NCBI GenBank assembly: GCA_947441055.1
Contig: CANETC010000001.1
Span: forward strand, 1-50,083
Direction of reading: 5' to 3'
Origin: Cytophagaceae bacterium
GTDB taxonomy: Bacteria > Bacteroidota > Bacteroidia > Cytophagales > Flexibacteraceae
Length of the DNA: 50,083 nt
A model generated the notes under the pieces. It made no database searches. It was not told the origin of the DNA and was given only the letters and a program-made list of their open reading frames with translations. Made by a program: the position numbers and the translations under genes. Below are positions 8,390 to 16,750 of the stretch, one piece after another (the stretch's first letter is position 1; the number at the start of each line of letters is the position of its first letter).

Positions 8390-11300
8390 TTAAGTAAATT
8401 GTGCAATAGGGCCTCCTGGATATTGCATTTTAAAATGTTCAAATAGCATACTTGTTTTAATGCCTATTTCATTTTCCGAGTATGCAGGATAAGGAAGAGA
8501 TTGAAAAAGGGTATCATTTACAAACCGATAAACTGAGGCTGCAGTTTCAGATTTATCAGACCACATTTCAACTTTCAGCTTTTCCTTCTTTAATTCATTA
8601 AGAAGTTGAATAGATATCTTTTTAATTTCATTTTTTTCTTTTTCATCTAAACTGATACCCTGTCTTAAAATATCAAAAACTGCTTTCTGCTCTTCATTTA
8701 AGCCTTCTCGACGCATTTCGGCCTCTCTTTCCGAGAAAGAACCCACAAGCTCGATCAGCTTCCGGAAAGTTTCATTCAGCGTTGCTTCATCTTTACCTTT
8801 GTTGTATGCTTCGATTATTTCTTGATAACGCTGGTAAAAATCAATATTCATCGGATTTGCAGAAAGCATCCTGTTCAACTGTTTTTCAACTTTATCTTTT
8901 AAAACCTGAACAGTGGTCTGCTTATTTTTCATTTTTAAAAAATACCGCTCAAGTTGCTGGAAATCCAGCCCGCTTAAATCAATGAGATTGCCTGTATTTT
9001 GACCTCCTTCTGCAGCAATATCAACAATAGAACCATCTACCACATCCTGAATTTTGCGCATTATGTCGGCAACATCAACATTTTTAAACTGCTCTACAAT
9101 GGCAGCATAAATGGCATCAACTGCATTTTTACGGGATGCAAATTCCTTCAGAAATTTATGGGGTTGTAAGGCCTTATATTTTTTAAAAACCTCTCTCGCC
9201 AGGATCTGGAATTTTCTGCGGGTTTCATCATTTGTATTTACAGCATTCTGCCCTCTTTCCAAAGCTGCGATTTTATCAATACCTACTGAATTAACCAGAT
9301 CTTCAAGATGATAATTCAGTTCATCTATTAGGAAATTCTCAATTGCAGACAATACCTCCTCCAGCTGGCGGTAAAGTTCATCGCTTGGTTTTAATGGAGG
9401 ATCCACAATATCTTTTCCTCCATTTCCTCCATTTCCAGTGTCAGCACCATAAATTGAAAGGGCATCCAATAGGGCTGTGTAGGTTTCTATGTAATCAACG
9501 ATCAGGCCATTATTTTTTCCCTCGCTGATCCGGTTGGCCCTTGCAATTGCCTGCATCAGGGTATGAGATTTCAGTGGTTTATCAAGGTAAAGTGTGGAAA
9601 GCGTTGGAACATCAAAGCCTGTAATCCACATGGCACAAACAATTACCAGGCGAAATGGGTCGTTTTCATCTTTAAACCGACTCTCGAGATCCTGACTGTT
9701 CATCTTTTCCCGGTGGGGCTCTATGTCCAGATTCCAGTTCCGGAATTTTTGAATTTCATTTTGCTCGGGACTCACTACAACGCATATTTCTGTAGCGCGG
9801 ATCCACTGCAATTCCCTTTTTTTCTCAAGGGTTTCCTGGTCACCAAATTTTGATTTCCGGATTTCTTTTTCAAAGTCATCTGCGTATTGCTTCCACTGGA
9901 CAGAAATAAGGTCATACATGCGCACAGCAGTGAGCTTATCGAGCGCTATGAACATGCCCTTTCCTTTGTAACCCCGGTTGCAGAAGTGCCACACCGCATC
10001 CCTTGCAATCGCTTCCAACCGCTTTTTTGAAGTTAATATTGGATACTCCCTTGCTATTAGCTGCTCAACACGACTACGCTGAATGTCGTCCAACTCATCG
10101 CCTTCTTCATCCAGCACTGCACGGATTTGCGCGTTGATATCAGGATTCTGAAGGCCCAGGTATTCTCCCCTGTTTTCATAAAAAAGTGGAACTGTGGCAC
10201 CATCATCTACGCTTCGTTTGAAATCATAACGGGAAACATAATCACCAAAAATTCGGCGGGTGATTTCATCATCCTTAAACAAGGGTGTTCCGGTAAATCC
10301 GATGAATGAGGCATTTGGTAATGCATTCCGGAGGTTCATGGCCAGACTTCCCCCCTGCGTACGATGAGCCTCATCTGAAATTACAATGATGTTGTCCCTT
10401 CGGGTAATTTCTTGGTCAAAATTGAATTTATGAATCAGTGTAAAAAGATATCGGTGATCCGAGGCGAGTAAATCTTTCAGATGCCTGCCGCTGTTTGCTC
10501 TAAGGGAATCCGCAGAACCAGACCTGACATTTGGCACGGCACCAACTCCAGCGAATGTTCCGTAAATCTGAGTGTCCAGTTCATTTCGGTCAGTCACCAC
10601 AAGAAAGGTGTAGCTACCTCGGAAGGTTTGGTGAATTTTCTGGCAGAAAAAAACCATGGAATAGGATTTCCCGCTCCCTTGGGTGTGCCAGAAAACACCT
10701 AGTTTCTGTTTTTCCTCCAGACTTATTTTCCCTGCCTGATAAAGCAGTTCTTTCTGGCGGATGTTGTCTATTGCCTTATTTACGCCAATGAACTGATGAT
10801 TTCTTGCAATTAGTTTTACTACCTTACCAGCGGAATTGTCGAAAAGGATAAAGTTCTCAAATAAATCGAGAAAGCGGCTTTTCTCACATACTCCAACCAA
10901 AATCCGGTCAAGGGCAATGGTTCCCTCATCTTCTTCACTGATTCGCTTCCACTCGTGAAAATGCTGGTATTTGCCGGTAATGCTGCCTATCCTGCTTCCT
11001 ATGCCATTGCTCAGAATAACAAAAGCATTGAAATGAAACAGTTCCGGAATAACATCCAGATAATCGCTGAAATTATCTGAATGGGCACTCTCCAGATTTC
11101 GATGCGCTGCCTTGAGTTCTATGAATAAAAGGGGAATTCCATTTACAAAACCAATGATATCCGGCCTCCGGTCGCGGCTGCTTTTTCCCTTTATCCAAAG
11201 TTGCCTTACTGCAGTAAAATCATTATTTTCCGGAAGTTCAAAGTCAATAATTTTCAGACGCTTGTTGCGCACATGTTCTCCTTGTTCATTCAGGTAATCA

Positions 11301-11614
11301 ACCAGAATTCCGTTGCGGATGAGATTGTGTTTTTCAAAATTAATTTCTGCAATGCTCTTGCTGCTGCTGAATTCAATGAGACGCTGAAACGCCTCTTCGT
11401 AAGCTTTTACAGGCAATCCGGGATTTAAGTCCGTGAGCTTTTGAAGAATCTTTGGCTTGAGTAAAATTTCTTTTTTGCTGTTTCTGCCTAAAGTACCGGC
11501 TTCACCGAAAACTTCTGAATTGTAGGCCAGAATGGTTTTCCATTTCAGTTTTTCTTCAAACAGCTGAATGGCGGTCTGTTCTATCAGTTTATCTTCTGAA
11601 TATTCCCAGGACAT
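8390..11614 (-). CDS. hsdR: type I restriction endonuclease subunit R
   Basis: 1074 aa. N-terminal PD-(D/E)xK segment PDIIGFVNGIPLLFIELK. SF2 motifs: HTQGSGKS, VISDEAHR (DEAH), IGFTGTP, QAIARANR. Long helical C-terminal region. Confidence 0.92.
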   Translation of the reverse strand: MSWEYSEDKLIEQTAIQLFEEKLKWKTILAYNSEVFGEAGTLGRNSKKEILLKPKILQKLTDLNPGLPVKAYEEAFQRLIEFSSSKSIAEINFEKHNLIRNGILVDYLNEQGEHVRNKRLKIIDFELPENNDFTAVRQLWIKGKSSRDRRPDIIGFVNGIPLLFIELKAAHRNLESAHSDNFSDYLDVIPELFHFNAFVILSNGIGSRIGSITGKYQHFHEWKRISEEDEGTIALDRILVGVCEKSRFLDLFENFILFDNSAGKVVKLIARNHQFIGVNKAIDNIRQKELLYQAGKISLEEKQKLGVFWHTQGSGKSYSMVFFCQKIHQTFRGSYTFLVVTDRNELDTQIYGTFAGVGAVPNVRSGSADSLRANSGRHLKDLLASDHRYLFTLIHKFNFDQEITRRDNIIVISDEAHRTQGGSLAMNLRNALPNASFIGFTGTPLFKDDEITRRIFGDYVSRYDFKRSVDDGATVPLFYENRGEYLGLQNPDINAQIRAVLDEEGDELDDIQRSRVEQLIAREYPILTSKKRLEAIARDAVWHFCNRGYKGKGMFIALDKLTAVRMYDLISVQWKQYADDFEKEIRKSKFGDQETLEKKRELQWIRATEICVVVSPEQNEIQKFRNWNLDIEPHREKMNSQDLESRFKDENDPFRLVIVCAMWITGFDVPTLSTLYLDKPLKSHTLMQAIARANRISEGKNNGLIVDYIETYTALLDALSIYGADTGNGGNGGKDIVDPPLKPSDELYRQLEEVLSAIENFLIDELNYHLEDLVNSVGIDKIAALERGQNAVNTNDETRRKFQILAREVFKKYKALQPHKFLKEFASRKNAVDAIYAAIVEQFKNVDVADIMRKIQDVVDGSIVDIAAEGGQNTGNLIDLSGLDFQQLERYFLKMKNKQTTVQVLKDKVEKQLNRMLSANPMNIDFYQRYQEIIEAYNKGKDEATLNETFRKLIELVGSFSEREAEMRREGLNEEQKAVFDILRQGISLDEKEKNEIKKISIQLLNELKKEKLKVEMWSDKSETAASVYRFVNDTLFQSLPYPAYSENEIGIKTSMLFEHFKMQYPGGPIAQFT

Positions 11615-11619
11615 GTTAT

Positions 11620-12786
11620 TTATACCGGTAAGTGCAGAATTGAATCGTTCCTTGCAAATTTAACCGGCTTTCCGTTAACAACCCTTACCTGCGGATTTTT
11701 CTTTAATGCTGCACCAAGCTTTCGCACATCCCAGTCTGGCATTTTCAAGGCCAGAATCAATTCTTTTGCGGTTAAAGGGCCCGATTGCAATAGTCGCAGT
11801 ACCTCATGCAGCATATCCGTTTTTCCAGCCTGAAATTCCTGTTTTTCTTCACTTAGAATTTCAACATTAGAGACGGTTTCTTTTTGGTAAACTGTAGGAC
11901 TTTGTACCGGATTGCCTTCCTGATCCACCGCAAATGCTCCCATGGCAATCAGCCGGTCATTGGCATTTTTTTCGCCTTTCAAGGGTTGGCGGACATAAAT
12001 TTTGCGCTGCCTTTTCAGTCCATCCATCACGCCCTCCCAGGTTCCGCCCTTGCTGTCGGATTCTGCTGCGTATATTTCAGTGGCCTGTCCGTAGATGTAT
12101 GCATTTCTGGCCATGGCCAGACCAACCTCCCATCCGGCTTTGGGAAAAAATGTACTGATTACCAGAAGCTTTCCATTTACAATGGCCTCATAGTGCTTTT
12201 TGAATCCTGATTGAAATGTAAGAATGCCTTGTGGAAGAACAATGATGCTTTTCCCTCCGGCAGCAAGGGCACTATCCATGGCCTGTTGGTCAACTCCTTT
12301 GGCATACCCACTCACCACCACCTTCCCTTCTGAAGCACATTTAGCGGCTACCTTATCGGTAAAGGCCAGGGCGGCATTGCCCGCTTTTCGGGAACCCACA
12401 ATGGCTACAGCCTCTCCATGCAGCAATTCTATTTTTCCCTTTGCATACAAGAGTGGAGGGCAGCTTTTAACTTTTAAATTTGATTTCAGGGCAGCGGGGA
12501 AATCCGGAGAATTGATTGGAATCAGACGGTAACCCTCATTGTGCAATTGCTCTGCGAGAAAGGCAAGCCGCGGAAAATCCTCTTGCACCTTATCCATGGC
12601 AGCAGCTTCTTTAGGTTGCAGAGGAAAAATCTCCTGCCGTTCAGATGAAGAAAGAGTGAAATATTCAGAAAGTAAAAGCCCTTTTTCTTTCAGGATTACC
12701 GAAAGCAACTGGTTGGTTCGCTCGGTAGTCAGGCCGGAGAGATGGGCAATGGCCATCCAGTAGGCGTTTTCGGTATTTGCATTCAT
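11620..12786 (-). CDS. DprA/Smf-like (SLOG Rossmann) protein with C-terminal wHTH; PsyrA/ShosA-like partner
   Basis: VAIVGSRKAGNAALAFTDKVAAKCASEGKVVVSGYAKGVDQQAMDSAL matches the DprA Rossmann core. The usual GIDxxAH reads GVDQQAM here. C-terminal wHTH-like segment: LLQSGPLTAKELILALKM. Gaps are 5 nt to hsdR and 11 nt to the RecQ fusion. Confidence 0.8.
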   Translation of the reverse strand: MNANTENAYWMAIAHLSGLTTERTNQLLSVILKEKGLLLSEYFTLSSSERQEIFPLQPKEAAAMDKVQEDFPRLAFLAEQLHNEGYRLIPINSPDFPAALKSNLKVKSCPPLLYAKGKIELLHGEAVAIVGSRKAGNAALAFTDKVAAKCASEGKVVVSGYAKGVDQQAMDSALAAGGKSIIVLPQGILTFQSGFKKHYEAIVNGKLLVISTFFPKAGWEVGLAMARNAYIYGQATEIYAAESDSKGGTWEGVMDGLKRQRKIYVRQPLKGEKNANDRLIAMGAFAVDQEGNPVQSPTVYQKETVSNVEILSEEKQEFQAGKTDMLHEVLRLLQSGPLTAKELILALKMPDWDVRKLGAALKKNPQVRVVNGKPVKFARNDSILHLPV

Positions 12787-12797
12787 TGTTTTGCGCT

Positions 12798-14813
12798 TTA
12801 AATATCTCCGCCAACCGTGCGGGCAATAACCAGTGGTGCAATCATTTCAGCTCCCTGATTTGTGAGGTACAAACCTATTTCCTTTATGGTTACGCCACTA
12901 TCGAAAATATCATCAAACAGCAGAACCCTTTTACCCCGAACAATCCGGGTATCCTGCAAGGTAAATTTGCCCTGTACATTCTCCTTCTTCGTAATTCCGC
13001 TCTGAAACATTTTCTGTGGTGAAGTGGGTGCCGATTTTATCAGATCGTGAGAGAGTGGAACGCCCAAGGTCTTCGATATTTTCTCTGCAAAATTTCGCAC
13101 CAGATTTCCCGATTCGGTGGGTGGCACATACAGGAGCACATCGAAACGGAGATTTCCATAGTGTTTTCTGAAAGCCTTCAGGCAAAGACGCAACAGCCAG
13201 TCGGGGAAATCGCCACCGCCTTCGTATTTAGAATGGCGCAGGGCAGCACCCACATTTGATACTCCATAGTAGGATGCTGCTACTCCATTCACGATGTTAC
13301 TTCTTTGTGTTTCTACTTCGAGCAATGGAAAAAAAGTTTCCCGGAATTCCTGCAGCTTAAGCTTGATGGATTCATCCGGCTGTACCTTCATAAATTCGCG
13401 GCGGTCGTTATCGCAAACACCGCAATTGCCCGAATGTGCATCACCAAGGTAATCGCAGAGGTACTCCATGCGGCAGGATTGAATCTCTGTATATTCAAGC
13501 ATCCTTTCAAGTTCGGCGGTTTGCGCATCGCGGAGCCGGTCAAAAGCCGAATAATCCAGTTCTGGGGCATCCGGATTGTAAAAGTACTTTTTGCTGGCGC
13601 CCTGCTGCTGCACATTCAGGATGCCCTGTTCGACAAGATCAGCCAGAATAATGCCAACCGTGGTTTGCTTGAGGTTGGTTGCCCTAATGATTTCATTTCT
13701 GCCCATCAGCGCCCTCTTGGTGGCTTTTATTACCCGCTGATAAGTGGCAGCGGCTGGTTTGCTGCCATCAATAAAGGCCCGGGGCAGGGTATCGTCGGTT
13801 TCGGGATTATAGAGTAAAACAACAAATGATTCTTCACCATCGCGTCCTGCACGGCCAATTTCCTGATAGTAGTGAATGGGCGATTGCGGCACCTGGGTAT
13901 GGATGATAAATCGGATGTCTGGCTTGTCTATCCCCATTCCAAGCGCATTGGTTGAAACCACACAATCAAAACGGCTGGCAATAAAATCAGATTCCACCCG
14001 CACCCGGCTATCAGAATCCAGGCGGGCGCTGTATGCCGCAGAATTGATGCCGAGAAACTGCAGCCAGTTGGAAAAGACATCCGTCTCTACCTGGGTGCCG
14101 GTGTACACGATACCAGTCTTCCTGAAACTTGGTATATAACGGGCGAGCCAATAGAATTTTTCATCCTCGCTTGCTACCTGTACCACAAACAGGCGCAGGT
14201 TATTCCGCATCAGTTGTCCCCGGATGGGAATCAGCTGGCCACCTACCTGCCGCAGAATATCTTCTTCTACCCGGGGTGTGGCAGTTGCAGTAGTAGCCAG
14301 AACCGGGAAATTGGTAGGCAGAAAACGCACCAGATCCACAATGCGGCGGTAGTTGGGCCTGAAACTCTGCCCCCACATGGAAATGCAGTGTGCTTCATCG
14401 ATTACCACCATGGCTATTTTCATTTGCCTCGCTGCCGTAATCCATGCGGCATTTTCCATGCGCTCGGGTGCGATGTAAAGAATATCAATCTTGTTTTGGG
14501 AGGCTTTCTCAATAATCGCCCGGTTTTCGTCAGGTTCCTGATTGGAATTAATTGCCGCAGCACGGATGCCTTTTTTTTGCATACTTCGTACCTGGTCTCG
14601 CATCAAAGCAATGAGCGGAGAAAATACAATGGTGACTCCATCCAGCTGGGTAGCAGGAAACTGAAAGCAGAGGGATTTGCCAAAACCGGTTTTCTCGATA
14701 AACAAAACCCGGCGGCCGGCCATTAGGTTTTCAATTACCTTCCACTGCAAATCATGGAAACTGGAAAACCCAAACAGGCGCTGAAGTTGTATTTCGGCTT
14801 GCTGTCTGTTCAT
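12798..14813 (-). CDS. RecQ-family SF2 DNA helicase fused to a C-terminal ComF/type-I phosphoribosyltransferase-like domain
   Basis: RecQ motifs: EKTGFGKSLCFQ, VIDEAHCISMWG, ATTATATP, QEIGRAGRDG, and a Cys cluster CRMEYLCDYL..CGVC. The last ~170 aa resemble ComF: VLLYVPPTESG, ENVQGKF, and the PRPP loop GKRVLLFDDIFDSGVTIKE. Confidence 0.85.
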   Translation of the reverse strand: MNRQQAEIQLQRLFGFSSFHDLQWKVIENLMAGRRVLFIEKTGFGKSLCFQFPATQLDGVTIVFSPLIALMRDQVRSMQKKGIRAAAINSNQEPDENRAIIEKASQNKIDILYIAPERMENAAWITAARQMKIAMVVIDEAHCISMWGQSFRPNYRRIVDLVRFLPTNFPVLATTATATPRVEEDILRQVGGQLIPIRGQLMRNNLRLFVVQVASEDEKFYWLARYIPSFRKTGIVYTGTQVETDVFSNWLQFLGINSAAYSARLDSDSRVRVESDFIASRFDCVVSTNALGMGIDKPDIRFIIHTQVPQSPIHYYQEIGRAGRDGEESFVVLLYNPETDDTLPRAFIDGSKPAAATYQRVIKATKRALMGRNEIIRATNLKQTTVGIILADLVEQGILNVQQQGASKKYFYNPDAPELDYSAFDRLRDAQTAELERMLEYTEIQSCRMEYLCDYLGDAHSGNCGVCDNDRREFMKVQPDESIKLKLQEFRETFFPLLEVETQRSNIVNGVAASYYGVSNVGAALRHSKYEGGGDFPDWLLRLCLKAFRKHYGNLRFDVLLYVPPTESGNLVRNFAEKISKTLGVPLSHDLIKSAPTSPQKMFQSGITKKENVQGKFTLQDTRIVRGKRVLLFDDIFDSGVTIKEIGLYLTNQGAEMIAPLVIARTVGGDI

Positions 14814-14822
14814 ATGTCTTAA

Positions 14823-15242
14823 CTATGATTGATTTAATTTTTGTGATTCTGTTGATTCATACTTTTTGTTGGTAAGGCGTTTAAAATTTAAACTGGTTTC
14901 CCCAAAATTAATCAGCAAACCAATTTCCAGATTATATGCCTCCAGGTAATTTATGGCTTGAGCAAAATGAACATCCTCTAATTTGCTTATTGCTTTTAAC
15001 TCTACCGATAGATTGCCTTCTATTAAAAAATCTACCCTTCTGGTGCCTATTTGTTCTTCTCTATAGAAAATAGGCATTTCAAACTCTCTGCTAAATTCAA
15101 TTCCAGCCAACCTCAATTCGATTGCAAGAGCCCGCTGGTAAATTACTTCCTGAAAACCATTGCCCAATGTTTTATGAACAGTCATGGCACATCCGATTAT
15201 TTTGGATGTCAATTCTGAATATTTGTATTCCTCTTTAATCAT
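14823..15242 (-). CDS. GxxExxY protein (PD-(D/E)xK-like small protein common in R-M operons)
   Basis: GNGFQEVIYQRAL carries the GxxExxY motif; RVDFLIEGNLSVELK also seen. The start is taken at ATG 15242 (MIKEEYKY). The track's 22-codon extension to 15308 runs into the tandem repeats. Confidence 0.8.
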   Translation of the reverse strand: MIKEEYKYSELTSKIIGCAMTVHKTLGNGFQEVIYQRALAIELRLAGIEFSREFEMPIFYREEQIGTRRVDFLIEGNLSVELKAISKLEDVHFAQAINYLEAYNLEIGLLINFGETSLNFKRLTNKKYESTESQKLNQS

Positions 15243-15246
15243 TGCA

Positions 15247-15497
15247 ATTGTCTTAACTGTGATTCTTTTGATATTAATTTTTTCTTTCGAATCATCGCGA
15301 ATTTCCACATTGTCTTAACTGTGATTCTTTTGATTTCTGTGATTTTGGTGATATTAATTTTTTCGTTTCTAATTATCGTGAATATCCTCATTGTCTTAAC
15401 TGTGATTCTTTTGATTTAAGTGATTTCAATGAAATCTATCTTTTCTTCCTATTATCATATTAATCAAAAAATCACAAAAATCATAGTTCAGACATTT
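15247..15497 (-). repeat. three tandem repeat units (62, 81 and ~105 nt) with terminal inverted repeats TGTCTTAACTGTGATT ... AATCATAGTTCAGACA
   Basis: ATTGTCTTAACTGTGATTCTTTTGAT starts at 15247, 15309 and 15390. The last unit ends ...AATCATAGTTCAGACATT near 15497. The family is shared with 16660-16747 and, inverted, with 5519-5777. Confidence 0.8.
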
Positions 15498-15504
15498 TCC
15501 TGAT

Positions 15505-16629
15505 TCAGACCTCTACTTCACCATTCATCAGCCTTGGCAATAAAATATCCCGTGCCTCCCGGAGTTTGGTGTTTTGTTTTGTCAAGTTTAATATCAAGTT
15601 ATACATCTGTTCCGCCTCAACTTCAAATTCTTGTTGTATTTTATCACTTGGTGTTTTCAACTTGACTTTCATCAGTTCTACTTTTGTAACAGCATTAAAT
15701 ATTGCTCCATTTCCGATAACATCCTCTGCAAAAAAGAATTCTTTCAATTGATGATAGAAATAATTCTGAAAACCTTTTTTGCTCCTAAATGCACATAAAC
15801 CCCGACCAATGCAGATTTTATCACTTGTGAAATTAATTCTTCCTACTGGGGCTCTTACTGAAAATAAAATATCTCCTTCTTCTGCAATTTTAATTGGTGC
15901 ATTACAATAGATTCTGTGTTCTACAAAGTAGTTTGAAAAATTAGTTACTCCTTGGTGAAAGGGCAAATTATCTTCCTTTTCATTGGTATATGTATCAGAA
16001 GTTGGACTTTGGCCCATAATAACATATGCCAATTCCTCAATGGTAAATTCTTCCAACTTTTCAGTTTGAACAATCAACTTATAAATCAAAAACGCCTTCT
16101 CCTCCAGCAACTTTATCCGCTTCAAATTATTCTCTATCAAATCATCATAAGCCGATAAAATGGAAGCGATTTTGCGCTGGGTGGGGAGTGGGGGGAATTC
16201 TATCGGTTTGCCACCAATAATATCAGGATTAACTGCCGGGTAATTAGCCCCTTGTTCATACGCAACTAAATATGCAGTAAAACCGGGTTCGCTAATCAAA
16301 TAGTATAAAAACCTTGGATCTGTTTTATTTGCTTTAGGTCTTAAAACAGCAAATCCAGTTGACACAATTGAATTTTCAAAAGGAGATTTAAAGTAATAAA
16401 ATGACCTATTGCCTGGTCTAACTGTGGCTAAAATTGTGTCATCTTTTCTAACAACTCTCTTAGCTCTTAAAGGTGCTTCGCTTAATGGAATCTCATCATT
16501 AGATGTCACAACACCACTTCCAACAGAAGTAATGTCAAAGTATCGGATAAAATCGTGCGGATAGTTCCTTGAAATATTTTCAGGGTTTATATCGCACAGG
16601 TCAAAAACATTTCCTTTCTCCCATTTCAT
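15505..16629 (-). CDS. hsdS: type I R-M specificity subunit
   Basis: Two variable halves are separated by the conserved helix LPTQRKIASILSAYDDLIENNLKRIKLLEE, with a C-terminal helix TKLREARDILLPRLMNGE. The gene is AT-rich relative to its neighbours. Confidence 0.88.
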   Translation of the reverse strand: MKWEKGNVFDLCDINPENISRNYPHDFIRYFDITSVGSGVVTSNDEIPLSEAPLRAKRVVRKDDTILATVRPGNRSFYYFKSPFENSIVSTGFAVLRPKANKTDPRFLYYLISEPGFTAYLVAYEQGANYPAVNPDIIGGKPIEFPPLPTQRKIASILSAYDDLIENNLKRIKLLEEKAFLIYKLIVQTEKLEEFTIEELAYVIMGQSPTSDTYTNEKEDNLPFHQGVTNFSNYFVEHRIYCNAPIKIAEEGDILFSVRAPVGRINFTSDKICIGRGLCAFRSKKGFQNYFYHQLKEFFFAEDVIGNGAIFNAVTKVELMKVKLKTPSDKIQQEFEVEAEQMYNLILNLTKQNTKLREARDILLPRLMNGEVEV

Positions 16630-16659
16630 ATCGCCAACTCTTTATAGTTTTCAGAAATG

Positions 16660-16747
16660 CTTGTCTTCACTGTGATTTTTATGATTAAAGGATTACCCTG
16701 ATTAATCATACAATCATACCAATCAGATGAATCATAGTTCAGACATT
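16660..16747 (-). repeat. single ~88-nt copy of the TIR-bounded repeat family, between hsdM and hsdS
   Basis: CTTGTCTTCACTGTGATT...AATCATAGTTCAGACATT. The ends are mutually complementary and match those of the 15247-15497 units. Confidence 0.7.
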
Positions 16748-16750
16748 GTT

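Noticed and set aside
13305-14726. 170-aa plus-strand ORFs (13305..13817, 14214..14726) inside the RecQ fusion gene. Similar ORFs: 18191..18712 inside hsdM, 19964..20413 inside the TPR gene and 4035..4604 inside the AlbA_2 gene
   Set aside because: They are antisense to confidently assigned genes, show no motifs, and start at alternative codons chosen by the ORF caller.
15243-15308. GTG-initiated 22-codon extension of the GxxExxY gene
   Set aside because: It is encoded entirely by the first tandem repeat unit. The conserved protein begins at MIKEEYKY.
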